This document shows, piece by piece, positions 47,189-60,320 of a DNA stretch of 64,000 bases. A model generated the notes under the pieces. It was given only the letters and a program-made list of their open reading frames with translations. It made no database searches and was not told the origin of the DNA. Every line of letters starts with the position of its first letter. Within the stretch, counting starts at the first letter, position 1. The position numbers and the translations under genes were made by a program. Origin of the DNA: Antedon mediterranea (taxonomy: Eukaryota; Animalia; Echinodermata); NCBI RefSeq assembly GCF_964355755.1, contig NC_092677.1:6346101-6410100 (forward strand), in the 5' to 3' direction.

Positions 47189-49159
47189 TTCGATCTTATA
47201 TAGCCTATGTGATGCATTTCATTTTCTACAGTAAGTATAACCATGTTCAACCTCACGTTTTGACAAGACTCACTATTTAATTGTGAAGAATAATCTAATG
47301 TTTGTCGTTACGTATACACCATGTAAAGATGTACAGTATTTGTAATTAATGATAAGTTTAGTCTGGCATACAAATTAAGTATTATCGTTATTCTAACAAC
47401 AGGTGCCATTTCGCACCTTATCAATAATCTATCAATTAATCAGTTACAACGAGACATACGGATAATTTTAGAGCTTTGACGTCAGGAGTTGACTTTTGAC
47501 AAAATTACCACGGCTATTTTCTGACGTATTTACGACAAAACGTCAAGTGCTCTTGCTCGTTTTTGCAAGGAGACCTTTTATGTTCAGAAGTATAATTAAA
47601 GTTGTGTTGTATAATCAATTGATCTTTAAATTGCATACATTAAGAAAATTAGCGTGGTCATTATTTGGAATAATTTACGTACAAATAACATGGTACATTT
47701 CGTAAATAAAATATGTATGTTTAATACTAATTCTCAATTTACTTATGGATTTACCGAGGAGAAATTCGGATATGAAAAATAATTGGATTCCGTTTCAATC
47801 GTGTACCCTCTTCTTTGAAGATGGTTCAACGTCTCGTCCGGTAGACTAGACAATTAGATTAGGTCTAAATCATGTTACTGTATATCACAAACAATAATAT
47901 ACGACAACCGGAACGTTGCCAAACGATAATTCCGTCAGACCGAGTGTGTAGCTCTTAAAATAATTTGTTGCCATTCGTCAATGTCAATTGTTAATTTTCA
48001 TTCCTTATTTTTTGAATTAAAAGATCACTAAATATTCTTTTTATAGAAGCACTTATATCGTTGAAGCACTCTAAAAAGATATTTTCTTGATGTTAACATT
48101 CAAACGACATTACATAAACACGTAATAATCAAAATATTTTTAAACTATTAACATTAATTCCTCTGCATAAAATATGAAATACTGTGGAATGATTAACAGA
48201 TGGTGTAAATGATGGTTATTTACACATAACGACTGACAAGTAATCAAACAAAATTAATCGAAAAAACTAATGAATATTATAACCAGATCCTTGCGGGGAC
48301 AAGGTGTTCATACACACTTCATTGCAATTTAAACACAATACTATAGTGACGGAGGGTCAGGGCAGGGGCGCCGCAAACTATAGCCACAATATCATCATAG
48401 GCACACAGCTCTCATCCGCCATAGCCATGGTGGTAGAACATGTTTTCTAGGTAAGTAACTTAAAACTGGATGTCCATCCAGTACATCAGCTCGCGTGTCC
48501 GCGTGCATTCTAGTGCATCTTCGGGAAAGCGCTTGTCGTGGAAAGACGAATAAGCACAGTTTGAGTTATATTGTTGTGTAGCATCCTGTCCATTGCGCTT
48601 TAAGACAATTTTATAAAACGCAATATAAATACGCATCTATCATGACGATTGTAGTGTGTGTTCAAGTGTTTTTTTTTCAAGCATTCTGTTACTGTTCGAT
48701 TGAGCGAAGAAGCTTTTGATGATTGCAAACCTGGTCAGATGCAACTACAGTACATAATTGTGTTCTTGAGATGAAAACAAGCCTTGGGTGTTAGGAGATA
48801 ATTTCCGCGAGCGTCAACTAATACGTGACTAATTAGACGTGACTGCATAAACGTTCAATTAAAGGTGGTAGCTCAAGTAACAGTGTGCGATTAGCTAGTA
48901 CTAGTAGTATGGAAAACCTACGCAACCACGATCGTCCGTACACATGACAAGCCTTGCATAAATTCCTATACTCAGTGGCCTAATTGGTTAGCCAACTTTA
49001 TATGGGTTAATCATATATTCTGGTTCATAGGTAGAGTGTTTTATATGCGTATTAAACCACCTGAAGAAATAGAATTTGCTTCTGATTTGATATTAGATTA
49101 CCTAGAGATTCGTATGATCTATTTGAAGATAATGTTACAAATTTACAAATAACTTAACA

Positions 49160-49539
49160 AAACAGTTAAGATATCGGATGCATTATTTGTACCTGATTTA
49201 AATTTGTAAGCAGGTAATTTGTCACAAGCACCATATATCATTCTAGGAAACTAATTTTATCAAAACGCTTCACAATGTTATTAATGTTCTCTGTGCGTAC
49301 ATACAGAGCATAATAATATGATGGCGCTAGTTACAATCAACAAATTACTTTAAAAAAACAGTTATCGGTCGGATGCATTATTTGTACCTGATTTATATTT
49401 GTAAGCAGGTAATTTGTCACAAGCACCATGTCATAATATCATTCTAGGAAGCTAATTTTATCCAAACGCTTCACAATGTTATTAATGCGCTCTGTGCGTA
49501 CATACAGAGCATAGTGATATGATGGCGCTAGTTACAATC
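49160..49539. repeat. Tandem duplication, about 195-bp period, 2 copies
   Basis: TCGGATGCATTATTTGTACCTG...GGCGCTAGTTACAATC at 49174-49338 and 49369-49539. Confidence 0.9.
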
Positions 49540-52500
49540 CGTTTTGGGTGATTGAATATTATTGAATGGCGTATGCATAAACGGATATTTTTCGTTCACT
49601 GCTTCGTTCAGTGATGCGGCATGCTACTGTAACAAGCCAGTACGAATGAATTTAGATTGTCGTTGTTTTAGACTAGAGGATGTAGCAGATAACAAATACT
49701 CTCTCCCTTAAAGGTCCCTTCCTTAGCTGCCACGAAGGATCATTCGCCTGTCCACAACAGATAGATCAACACAATTATTTTTTCGCGGATGATATGAGCA
49801 TCAGAGTTCATATATCCGTTTTATACTCACAACTAAAATTGTCGAGAAGGGCCCTAAGCCATGTGTAGTACCTGTAACATAGGACTATTTATGACATCAG
49901 CAAGTCCACTGACTACGCGTTGGATTGATCATAAGCAAACCTCGACGTGCACATGGCGTAATTCATTTATGGATCATGTCTTATGTGACTCCTATTATAC
50001 AATAAAATGTTATTATATTGAAGGTTCCTAGACAATCATTTTCACTATCATTGACTCGTCTACTTTTACATCAATATAGAAATGTATTGTATGTAATTAG
50101 GTCCTTTTGATGAGTATACATTTTACCTTTTAACCACAATACACAAGATATAAAACAAGGTCGATAATGTATATAAAATAATGCAATAAAATAGCCAAGG
50201 TAAACAACTCATATACCTTAAGTATCTGTTCAGACCTATCGAATCATGTCATTCGTATCGTACATTAATAGTCGATTTTCGTAAGGTTTCATGTCTAACA
50301 ATAAGAAACTGCAATACTGTTTCTTGCCGAGCGACATCACACGACGTGTATCACTGTGAATAGTGTGCAATAATAGGCCTAAATACGTTAATTCCAATAT
50401 TCATTAAAAGTCAATTAAAGTGATTTATATACAATGTGCCTAAATAGGTTAGACCGTGAACTGTTTCTCAACTCACCACCATCGTCTAGATGTTTTGTTT
50501 CGACTTTTTTTTTAATATAGCAGTATAATATGCAGTAGCTAATTTTCGTTGTTATTAACATTGGAACGTATTAAAAATTGTGTTTCTTAATACCAGACAT
50601 CAATATCTTTTCTATCAAATTACCAGAGCCAGAATTCCTAGCTGACACGGATTTTGATTGTGAGACACTTAGAGGCGACAACGATGAAATTAACTTTTTG
50701 TTTTTCGCCGAATTAAAGATTAATTAGGTGTTTAATTTATACTGATTTATACAATTGTTCTATGATGACGTGTAATTTTAGATGCTGTTATTGTGCGTGT
50801 ATGGTTTGGATTGAGTCTATTTATTTTTGTTGTCGAATTAATGAATCGCCCAATTACATTTGGTCGGAAAAGGTACTGTAAATGAACAGCCGATTCTCAG
50901 TACGGTATTTAGGCAAATTCCTTGATACGGCATATATTATGTGTTTCATATGCGCCGCATTGATGCCCATGAAATGTTTCTTTACTTTTTTTGACCTTTG
51001 AACTTTCTCTTGTACCTTTTCCTACTCTGCGCAATCATAAATGTCGCTTGTCATTGGTCAACTCGTTTGCATTGCGCTTACGTCGTCGGGTTACGTCCAG
51101 CTAGAATGGGAGAATTCCGATTACGTGCCTGAATGAATTGATACATGGAATTTGAATGTTTTTTATAGTCTTTTAAAGTGTTTATGACAGTTAATATAGT
51201 AGACAGTTGTTAAAATTCTCCAAAGTCACTCAATGACATTGAATTTGAACGTTTCATTTGAAATACTTATTATGATACTACATGGTTTTAAGATAGATGT
51301 ATCAAAACATAACAGCGCACAACATGATTATCAATACCAAAGGTCTCCATGGAGAATTGTTGTACACTTGATATATCTATTCAATGTGTTTATACAGTAT
51401 GATTGAATGCTCTATGGATTATATGCACGCTGATTTATCACAACTTGTATTCCCTTAATAAATACTTTCGACAAAATGATGAAGCGAATTCTTTCCTTAG
51501 GAGTGGAGTCATATTTACTTGTTTTTAGTTGTCAATAATTATTAACAATTTGTATAGTATTTGAATCGAAAATTGTCTCTTCCTGATCTGAGTGTGACTG
51601 ACGAGGGTCCTAATTTCATTCGTTTGGTGACGATTAAAATTAAATTTACTTTGTTTTGCTACCCGTCGTTATTTGAGTAGGCTATACCATTCTTTGATGC
51701 CAATACCTGCTTTTGGGTTTTCAGTGTACAGTACTAGACTGTACTCGCCACCATTGATTTTATTACTGTCATGGGCTTTCAGTTTGATATCAGTACGCTT
51801 CCAACCCGTTATTGACTTTCATTACCCGTCCGTAAGAGAAGGGAAGAGATAAGTTTAACTACTCCATGATAAGACTTGAAATAAGACTTTGTTTATATGT
51901 TGATCATCTTGTGTAGGCCTACATGTTTGTCTTGTGAACCTCTGAGGGTCCCTAATGATCAGCAATTGCTGGATGGATCACCAAAAAATGGTAAACAAAA
52001 AATCGTCTTTGAATCCAATACCGACTGAGGATTTCACGTTGGATACCATGTGTATTGTGTACAGTGTCATCTCAACATTTCTTCATGCATCGTACTATAG
52101 TAATCGGCTATATAGATTTATCAATAAGATACAATTTCCAACAATTTACGTCCTTCATTTCAGTGCCGTTTTGCCTTAACTTAATAGGGTCAATTTAATG
52201 TGTACAAAGGTGTACGGCACGAAGGTGATTATAAAAATAATGCATTGTATATTTTACGAGCTTTCTCCATTATTTTCTACAAAGTGCATTGATTAAAACA
52301 TTATGTAAACGACTTTTGCGATGAGATAATGATAATTGGAAAAACAAGTTGAGGATGACATTACGTAAATTAAAATGTTAGGCTGATAATACTTGAGATG
52401 AGCAAGCCGGATTACAATTAACGTATCTCATTAAAAATGAATAACAACAAATATATCTCTACCATTGTTACATGTTTGATGTTGATACATTGCGTGTCTC

Positions 52501-55500
52501 TTTTCATTTAGATTGATAGACCTGTTAAAGTACCAATCAATAGTGGGTTGTGTATACAATAGAAATATAAGATTACAATTGCCATAACAATTGATAGTGA
52601 TTTATAAAATTATGTACCTTTATTTGTAACATAATACTATAATTCTGCGTTCTTAAATATGGGTTTCATATAAAGGCTTTCAAACCACGAGACTGATTCT
52701 TTTTTTATTAGTAATTTTGGCCTTCGGCCCATATTACATAAGTTGAACAACATTTTTTTTCTAGACGGTCCTTTCTTAAAATAATGTAATTCATCCTCAA
52801 TTTATCTCAATTTCTTTCTATCTATAGCTATATGTAGGCTACGTGTTGAAAAAACATTTTCACCTTACTTCTATCTAAACCTGAAATTTATGTCTATCTT
52901 TCTACACCGATCGTCAAAAATTGTGCAGAAAAGTAAGATTGTAAAATAGTTTCATCACAAAACCCCTGCAGGTTATATCGGACCATGGATTCGCATAATA
53001 ATCGCCCGAAATTTCTGTGGCACATATAACTTTCATATTAGTGTTGTATTGCGTAATCACAAGTTGGAAACGACGACGCAATAATGCTGCAAACAACGCA
53101 GGTTTGATTTCACGCAGACGGGGGAAAACAAAATTATTGGAAGGTCATTTGCTTATGTTGCATAGGTTGCGTCGCTAGGGGGGACCAAGCGGGTACGGTT
53201 CCGATTGCAACGACGTAGGCACAACGCACCGACCAATGACAAGCGAAAGTTTATTTGCTTGTGACAATTGCTGACCTTTTTGTGCTGCGTCAAGTGGCCG
53301 CCTAGGCTTTGTGTGGAGTGCTGTCACCAAGGCGGTGCTCTGTCGTCTGCTGGTCCCAGCAGGAGGAGATGAACCAGTACAGTACAGAACAAAAGGTGCA
53401 CTTGGTTCGGTGGACACGATCAAATCAACTTATTCTACAACTAAAAGTAAATGGTCAAGGGAGAGCGCTGGGCTTATGGTGTCGATGTTGTAGCTATGGT
53501 GTACGACGATTTATTAACCGCTCGATCATTCCACCAGTAAAAGTAAACATGAAAGTATATTGTGTATGATTATCTCCAAATTTGTTTTTGTTTGCACAAG
53601 TAAAATGAAAAACATAATTTAGATCGTTTGTGTACATAGTTTATTATTAGATACTGTTGATTTGTCCCAGGCAAATACGAATTTCCATAGTAACCGGGTA
53701 TTTATTATGCAGTATGTGAATACGAACGTGCCTGTATTACAGCCCTGTGTTCCTAAATTGTTATTAATGTATTACTTTATATACCCAATAACTGTTCTAA
53801 TTCAGCTTTCCATATTAGCTTTTACTATGTTAAATAATAATTAAATTTACACTTGGGTGCGCACATTGTGAAACCCCATTGCGTTTTTAATTGGTATTTA
53901 AAAAGAAAGGAAGAGTAGTAGTAGAAAGGTAAAGTAGAAACAATTTAGAAGAACATGAGGTAAATGAACGCTTTTTTTGCAATCTAATGAACGGAATGTT
54001 CACGTTAGTGTGAAGACTCCCATTTGATGTCACGGTAATGTTCCTTGTCTATTTGAAAATTCAAACAGTAAACAAACATGCAATTATGAATAAAACAATG
54101 AAATAGTTACATCTCAAATCTATAAAACTAAGCGCAAATGAAGCGTACTGCCGCCCACGGACAGCAATTAACTACATGAGGTGTTCAAGTTCAAGTGCGT
54201 GCGGGGGTTGCGCGGCAACGACAACATTCTTGTTCCAATAATCACAAAGCTCCTCAATCCCATTATTCAAAAGTCAATTAAACACTTGTTCCTTGTAATG
54301 TATCTTGAAACGTAAATTATTTTCTCTTGAAAAAAAAAATACATTCGTCATCAAATTTCTTTAGTTATAATATGAGCTCTTTAAATTATATCGATGTAAA
54401 CAGTATACTCATAATCGAGTAATAATATATAAGATTAAAATATAGTTCCTCGATCGTATATTAGAAAATCACTAATAGCATTCATTTTTATTCGCTTAAA
54501 CTTTTATGAACCCACGTCACTCGGTAACCATTCAAATTAGAAGAGTACTTCACTTTATTCGTTTATTTCGAAATTTGTTCAGTCGATTTCCGTATTTGCA
54601 TATATAAATAATTGGTTAGGCCTGATTTTGATTTGTTATAAATTTTTTTTTATTATGTTATAGGGGTGCGTGAACTACCCAAGCCTATGACTAGGCCACC
54701 ACGTAGGCCCTTGTCCACCCTTCTATTTAGTTACGTCGGCCTAGGCCTATACAAGAAATACGGCAGACTGTACTGCCTGCCCAACACAATGGAAGTCGCA
54801 GTACGACGCCTGCGATAATACAAGTGGGTATTTGGTTTGTAGGCCTATTGTATAGGTTGCTACAAGGAACTGATAACTGCAGTATTTGTATACTCAAAGT
54901 AAAATAGATCGTATTGAAGCGTTTATAAACATTTATAACTTGGCGTACCTATATCGTCGAGTTCCTCGCCCTCTTGTTGACCAATCAGACGAAAGAAACT
55001 GTTGAATAATAAATGATTTCCTATTTAAGATTAAATCCTTTCCTGCTGCTTCAATCAATAATATTGTGTTACATAACAATTCACCCCTCTGGGTATAAGT
55101 TGCTTTACATAATCAAGTCCCTCTGGGTATAAAGGATTATTATTCATCTTATCCATTAATTATATCAGTTAATTATGATTATATATTCCGCTGTTATTTA
55201 TTAACGCAAACAGATTACGAATACCAGTCCTAATGTATATGTTTATATAAGTATACTTGGAAGCCCCTGCGCCAAATTAATTGGGTTATAGTAACCCAGC
55301 CTCGTTTATATTATATACGTTGCATTATTTATTAGTTAGAGTTAAAATATTCTAATATTCTGTACTATTCAACTGACGTTTGTATAAATGATGTATTTTA
55401 AAAATGTGTAATTAGAGTACGTTGTACGTTTCATTGTTATTTTGTAATTGGAATTACAATCACAGAAAATGTCTATGCTGATTTAGATTTTTCTTGACTA

Positions 55501-55772
55501 AATATGAACTTGAATTGAATTGATTGGAAGACCGCCACCAAGTCATGTAGGCCTACGCGCTTGTAGCGGTGTTAGTCATTGCAGAATGACCGTACACTCA
55601 CGTGCTATGCAGTAGGGTGATGATCCCGATCCACTACCGGCACTCCCTATTTTACCTTTAAAGCTTAGTTTCTAACTAGGACCCAAACGTAAAGACGTAG
55701 TGAGCTGACCAATGACAAGCGACAGTTTTGAGATGATAATCCATCACAAAATATCTTCCCTTTTACGCTTAC

Positions 55773-56183
55773 TATGGAAGGCAATAACCGCCAAAAATAC
55801 AATTACAAACATACAATATATTCGTGGAAATATACAACGTACACGCAGAAACGTACAACATACTCGCAGAAACGTACAACGTACTCGCAGAAACGTACAA
55901 CGTACTCGCAGAAACATACAACGTATTTTCATCCTAAATGTTCATGGACGATTCCATAGTTATTTTCTGCGCATTCATTTTCGCGACTTCGTTGTACGTT
56001 TTTGTGTTTGTCTGTTTCAGCGAATACGTTGTACGTTTTTGTGAATGTCTTTTTGTTGTCCTTTTCTTCAAGTACGTTGTATGTTCCTGCGAGTACGGTT
56101 TACGTTTCTGCGAGTACGTTGTATATTTCCACGAATATATTGTATGTTTGTAATTGTATTTTTGGCGGTGATTGCCTTCCATA
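55773..56183. mobile_element. MITE with TATGG...CCATA termini and 6-bp TSD (IS3EU-like)
   Basis: TIRs over 100 bp (TATGGAAGGCAAT.ACCGCCAAAAATACAATTAC...) with 21-bp subrepeats ACAACGTACTCGCAGAAACGT. TSD GCTTAC at 55767-55772 and 56184-56189. Confidence 0.9.
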
Positions 56184-56723
56184 GCTTACGCCATTGTTGA
56201 ATTTTTACATTACTGATATTGTTACCACGTCTTGTAATCTGAAAGAGCATTTTATCCATAAAAATAAGTCACTTAGAACATAATGACTCTCATTCGTCCA
56301 TTTTATATCTTTTAAACTCATCGAATGACGTTTCACTGAGACGTAATTATTTTTAATATACCAACAAATTCCCTTGATATCACGTGTATGAGATGCATAC
56401 AATACATGGTTGAAAATAAGTTATAGGAAAATGCGGTCCACTTTGCATGTAATAACATAATTTTACCTGGTAATGTATATATGTGCTACATGTCCAAACA
56501 CAAACGTCATTTGAATCTACCACTTAATATAACATAAATTATAATTCAGTCAGTATTCTAAAGATGCTTATGCCGACATAAATAGTACTACTACTACTCC
56601 TATTTACGCGTAAACAATTGTAATATAAGGCCTAAGCTAACATTGGTAGCTCCTTGGTAGGAACGTTTCGAAGCGTATCCGCGCATACGCTGCTTGTTTC
56701 TATTTCGAATCCATACATCATAC

Positions 56724-57124
56724 CAAAGAACTTATAACACAAGAATCTCCTGTTCGTCCGAAGCGCGTAACAATTTCGAAAGGCATAGAATAGAGCTAAT
56801 GGGTGGTGCCATTGTGAGCCATGGAGTAGGGCACCCGCATCAAATTAGAAAGTCAAAATCATAGAAGGGATCTGCTAATACTCTAGGGGGGATAGAGTAA
56901 TTGACTGAGGAGTAGGGCGCCCGCATCAAATTAGAAAGTCAAAATCATAGAGGGGATCTGCTAATACTCTAGGGGGAAGAGTAATTGACTTCCTAGTTTG
57001 GAGGGGGCGCTGCTCCATGCTGTGAAATGGCGTCGCCCAGTTTGACCTTTTAACCCTGTACTTCCGATACTGTGTTTTGAATGCAAATTAAAGAACAGGA
57101 GATCCTTGTGTTATAAGTTCTTTG
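56724..57124. mobile_element. P-superfamily-like MITE (401 bp) with 32-bp TIRs and 7-bp TSD
   Basis: TIR CAAAGAACTTATAACACAAG(A/G)ATCTCCTGTTC with one mismatch. TSD ATCATAC at 56717-56723 and 57125-57131. Internal 86-bp tandem duplication starting at 56823 and 56909. Confidence 0.9.
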
Positions 57125-60100
57125 ATCATACATATCATACATAAAGACATACAGACCTAAAATGAAAAATAAAAACCAGAGAAAGAACAAAGGAAAAATA
57201 TTTGATGATGAATTTAAGACACCCGAATTAATCCTAAAAAAAAAGAATTAGTTTCCATTGGGGTCCGAGTAAAATATCACAAGGCACAAACAACGTTGAA
57301 AATGAAAGTATGAAATTAATAGAGATATTAAAACACAAATCTTTTTTTTTTAACACGGCGATTACTATAAATTACAGTAAAATTATCTCGGGGAGATATC
57401 CATGTAACCATTTTGGATTGTATGTGTGAATCGGTTAAGTAAGATCTCTTCTTACGATTGCCAGTATTATTAGTGTCGTTGAGTCTAGAGGATTGTGTAT
57501 TAATGCAGTATGCGAAACAATGGGATCAAACGAATAATGCATACGTGTTCTTATCTAAAGCTCTATCAAAATATTTTGGAAAAAAAAAGTGTGATGTGCC
57601 CAAATAATGGTAATGATATTCCCAAATATGGTAGTGATGACATTATCTATCATTGTCTACTGTAAAAGGGTGAAATTACAGTTAATTTCACTTTTCCCAG
57701 GTTTGACCAAAAAATTGCTCAAATATGGTAATGATGGCCAAATATGGCAGTGATATGATGTCATCGTCTCCATAATATAGGCACGTCACATTCTTTTGTC
57801 ACATAAAGTTTGATAGTGTAGACAAGGCTTAAAACAGATAACAAGTATAATTAATTTTCAATCTATCTCATCTTAAAATGTATTCATCTTCATTTAAAAA
57901 AAAATGATCTGCATGCTTTACGCATGATGCTTTGTTATGTTTCGTATTTTCATCCGAGTTATAGCATAGTTTTATACAATTCAATATAAATATTGTAAAT
58001 TGATGTGTTGAGGGGTATTATTTTTCTCAAGCATCAACTACACGTTTGCTAATGGCCTTCAAAATCGGTTTGTTTTGAAATTAAATTATTGTCAAGAGCA
58101 ATACGACAAGCCAAAAAAAACCTCTCGATATTAACTGATTTATCGGTAAAGATATGAAATTTTTAAGTGTTTTTAAAAATCGTATTTGATATTCCTCATG
58201 TTATTAAATATTACTATAGTAATTTTATTATATGTATAATGGTTATCGGATTTTATACTACTTTATCCTACAGTAAATAACCGGTAATAAACTGCACACG
58301 AGTCGATCCTTGGTAGTAGATTTTTTTTTGACTAGGCTAGGCCTATAATGTTCTTTTTGTTTTATTTTGTTTTTCTTTATTTCCATTCCACCACTGAACT
58401 AAAGCGCGTTTAATGCAACTTCACGTTACAAAATGCATGTGAATTAAAATAAAGTGTGCTTACGTCATGTTAATTCGTGTGACTTATTCTTGAATTGGTT
58501 TGTTTTTTTATTTGACATTTGAAAAGGTGTGAACCATCCGTAGGCTCAACATATAGAATAGATTTTCAAATGGTTTCTCAACATAGTATCATAACTATGT
58601 AATTTCAATCGATTTATTATATAGAGCCTGGGTAGAACTTATGACCGCGAACATACATTTGCACTCCAATAACTCTTCAAACGGTTTTCCATTGTCTAAA
58701 CGCAGTGCGTGTAGGGTAGGGGTAACGATAGATCGGTCAACATCTAAAATGTTTATAGTCGCCAGCTCAGGTCCGAGATTGGTGACCATGTTAGTCAATA
58801 AATCTGTTTACACAATTTCCCACACACATTCATTATTACCCAACGGTCTATTATGTAAATGCGTTTATTAACTATAAACTAGGAGGCTTCATAATTTAAA
58901 AAAGATCAAAAAATTTAATCAATATCCAAGAAACTTGATTAATGCAAATATGGAACAGAATAAATTAAATTCTCATTATCGTAAATTATGAATAAAATGA
59001 TCTTAACCATCTCCAAATCACATAGAATGCGAAAATGATGGTAATTATGATTAAGATCACGTTCGAAACTGTATTTTCATTAGATAAAAATTGGGTTTTA
59101 CAATTGTATTAGTGATATTGAAAAAAATATTTGAAAAAAACTACAATTTGCATAAAGTTGCACAGATTGGTAAAACAAGAAATTATTTAGACTGATCACT
59201 TTGAATGCTAAATGGAAATGGCGACTTTGTGTAATTTGTTTGATTAGTATCAAGGAACGGCAATCCCGAGTGGCATAGCTTAATCATGAGGTATATCAAT
59301 TTATTAAAAATCAGCACTTAAGATTACCATTATTGTTCTAGAAATTGTATAACATTATTAAGTCAGTGCACGCGTTTTGCTTAAAGTGTCTGCAAGTTAT
59401 GCCTGGCTCTCCCTACAAAATACAAGTCTACTTTAGTGCCAACATTTTAAAATTTTGAGATATGTTTTGTACCATAAGTAGATCATTAAATAATACAAGG
59501 GATAAATATTTAAATATAATAAGTTACTATCTTTTAAAGTTTTTGATTAAATAAATTGCATGCTTTGTACAGTGTTGAAAATCTGAAACGGTTTGTGGAA
59601 ATTGTTTTCTGTGTCAGTCTAGCCCTTTCTGATATGCCAATACAGTAATAATATATGAGTGTAATGGGTGGGTTAAGTTTTGTAATTGAGTTAATTTTCT
59701 TAAGTATAAACATTTTAAACATTACATCAGAGATTTCACTTCGACACCGACAATGCTTTGAATTTGATTTTTGATGTCAACATTGATGAGAAAACCAAAT
59801 AAATTGCGTCACAAATCATGTGACTCAACATGATTTGACCAATCATAATCGAGGGAATATTTGAACTGTCTCTTGCCTCTACTTTCCTTGTCTCCAGTGG
59901 GAACCGAGCTTTATAGAATATAATTATTCTTTAAAACAGTAACAGGCTGCTGAATCCTGTAGTTATAGTAATCGTATTTACTTCAGTAGTCCCATTCCTC
60001 TCGGTAAATTTGATATGGTTTGTGGTCAAATACATAAATGAAATGAAATAACACTAGATTTAGCAACACACGCATATTCATCTGACGTAGTTTTACAGAG

Positions 60101-60175
60101 TTATACCGTAACTTATGATAATTAGCAACAAAAAAATAGAAAAATGATACTTATTGTCTTAATTCCTTAGACTTA

Positions 60176-60320
60176 AAGCATGTTTTCAAATGTTTTCAAG
60201 CTGATTCATGTACAGTATATATTATTTCCATTTGTAATATTTGAAACGCGTAAAACATTTGCAAGAAATCAGAACTCATGAATATCCGATTGTCGCGAAT
60301 GTTTTCTGGAAAACATGCTT
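60176..60320. mobile_element. Small MITE-like element
   Basis: 12-bp inverted ends AAGCATGTTTTC / GAAAACATGCTT in a T/A-rich context. Confidence 0.45.

Noticed and set aside
46578-47280. ORFs with poly-(YI) tracts
   Set aside because: Translations of (TA)n microsatellites.
53175-53569. GC-richer segment with three short ORFs
   Set aside because: It partly overlaps a decayed MITE, and I could not support any recognisable domain or splice pattern.
55712-56259. Cluster of overlapping repetitive ORFs on both strands
   Set aside because: Artefact of 21-bp subrepeats in MITE TIRs.
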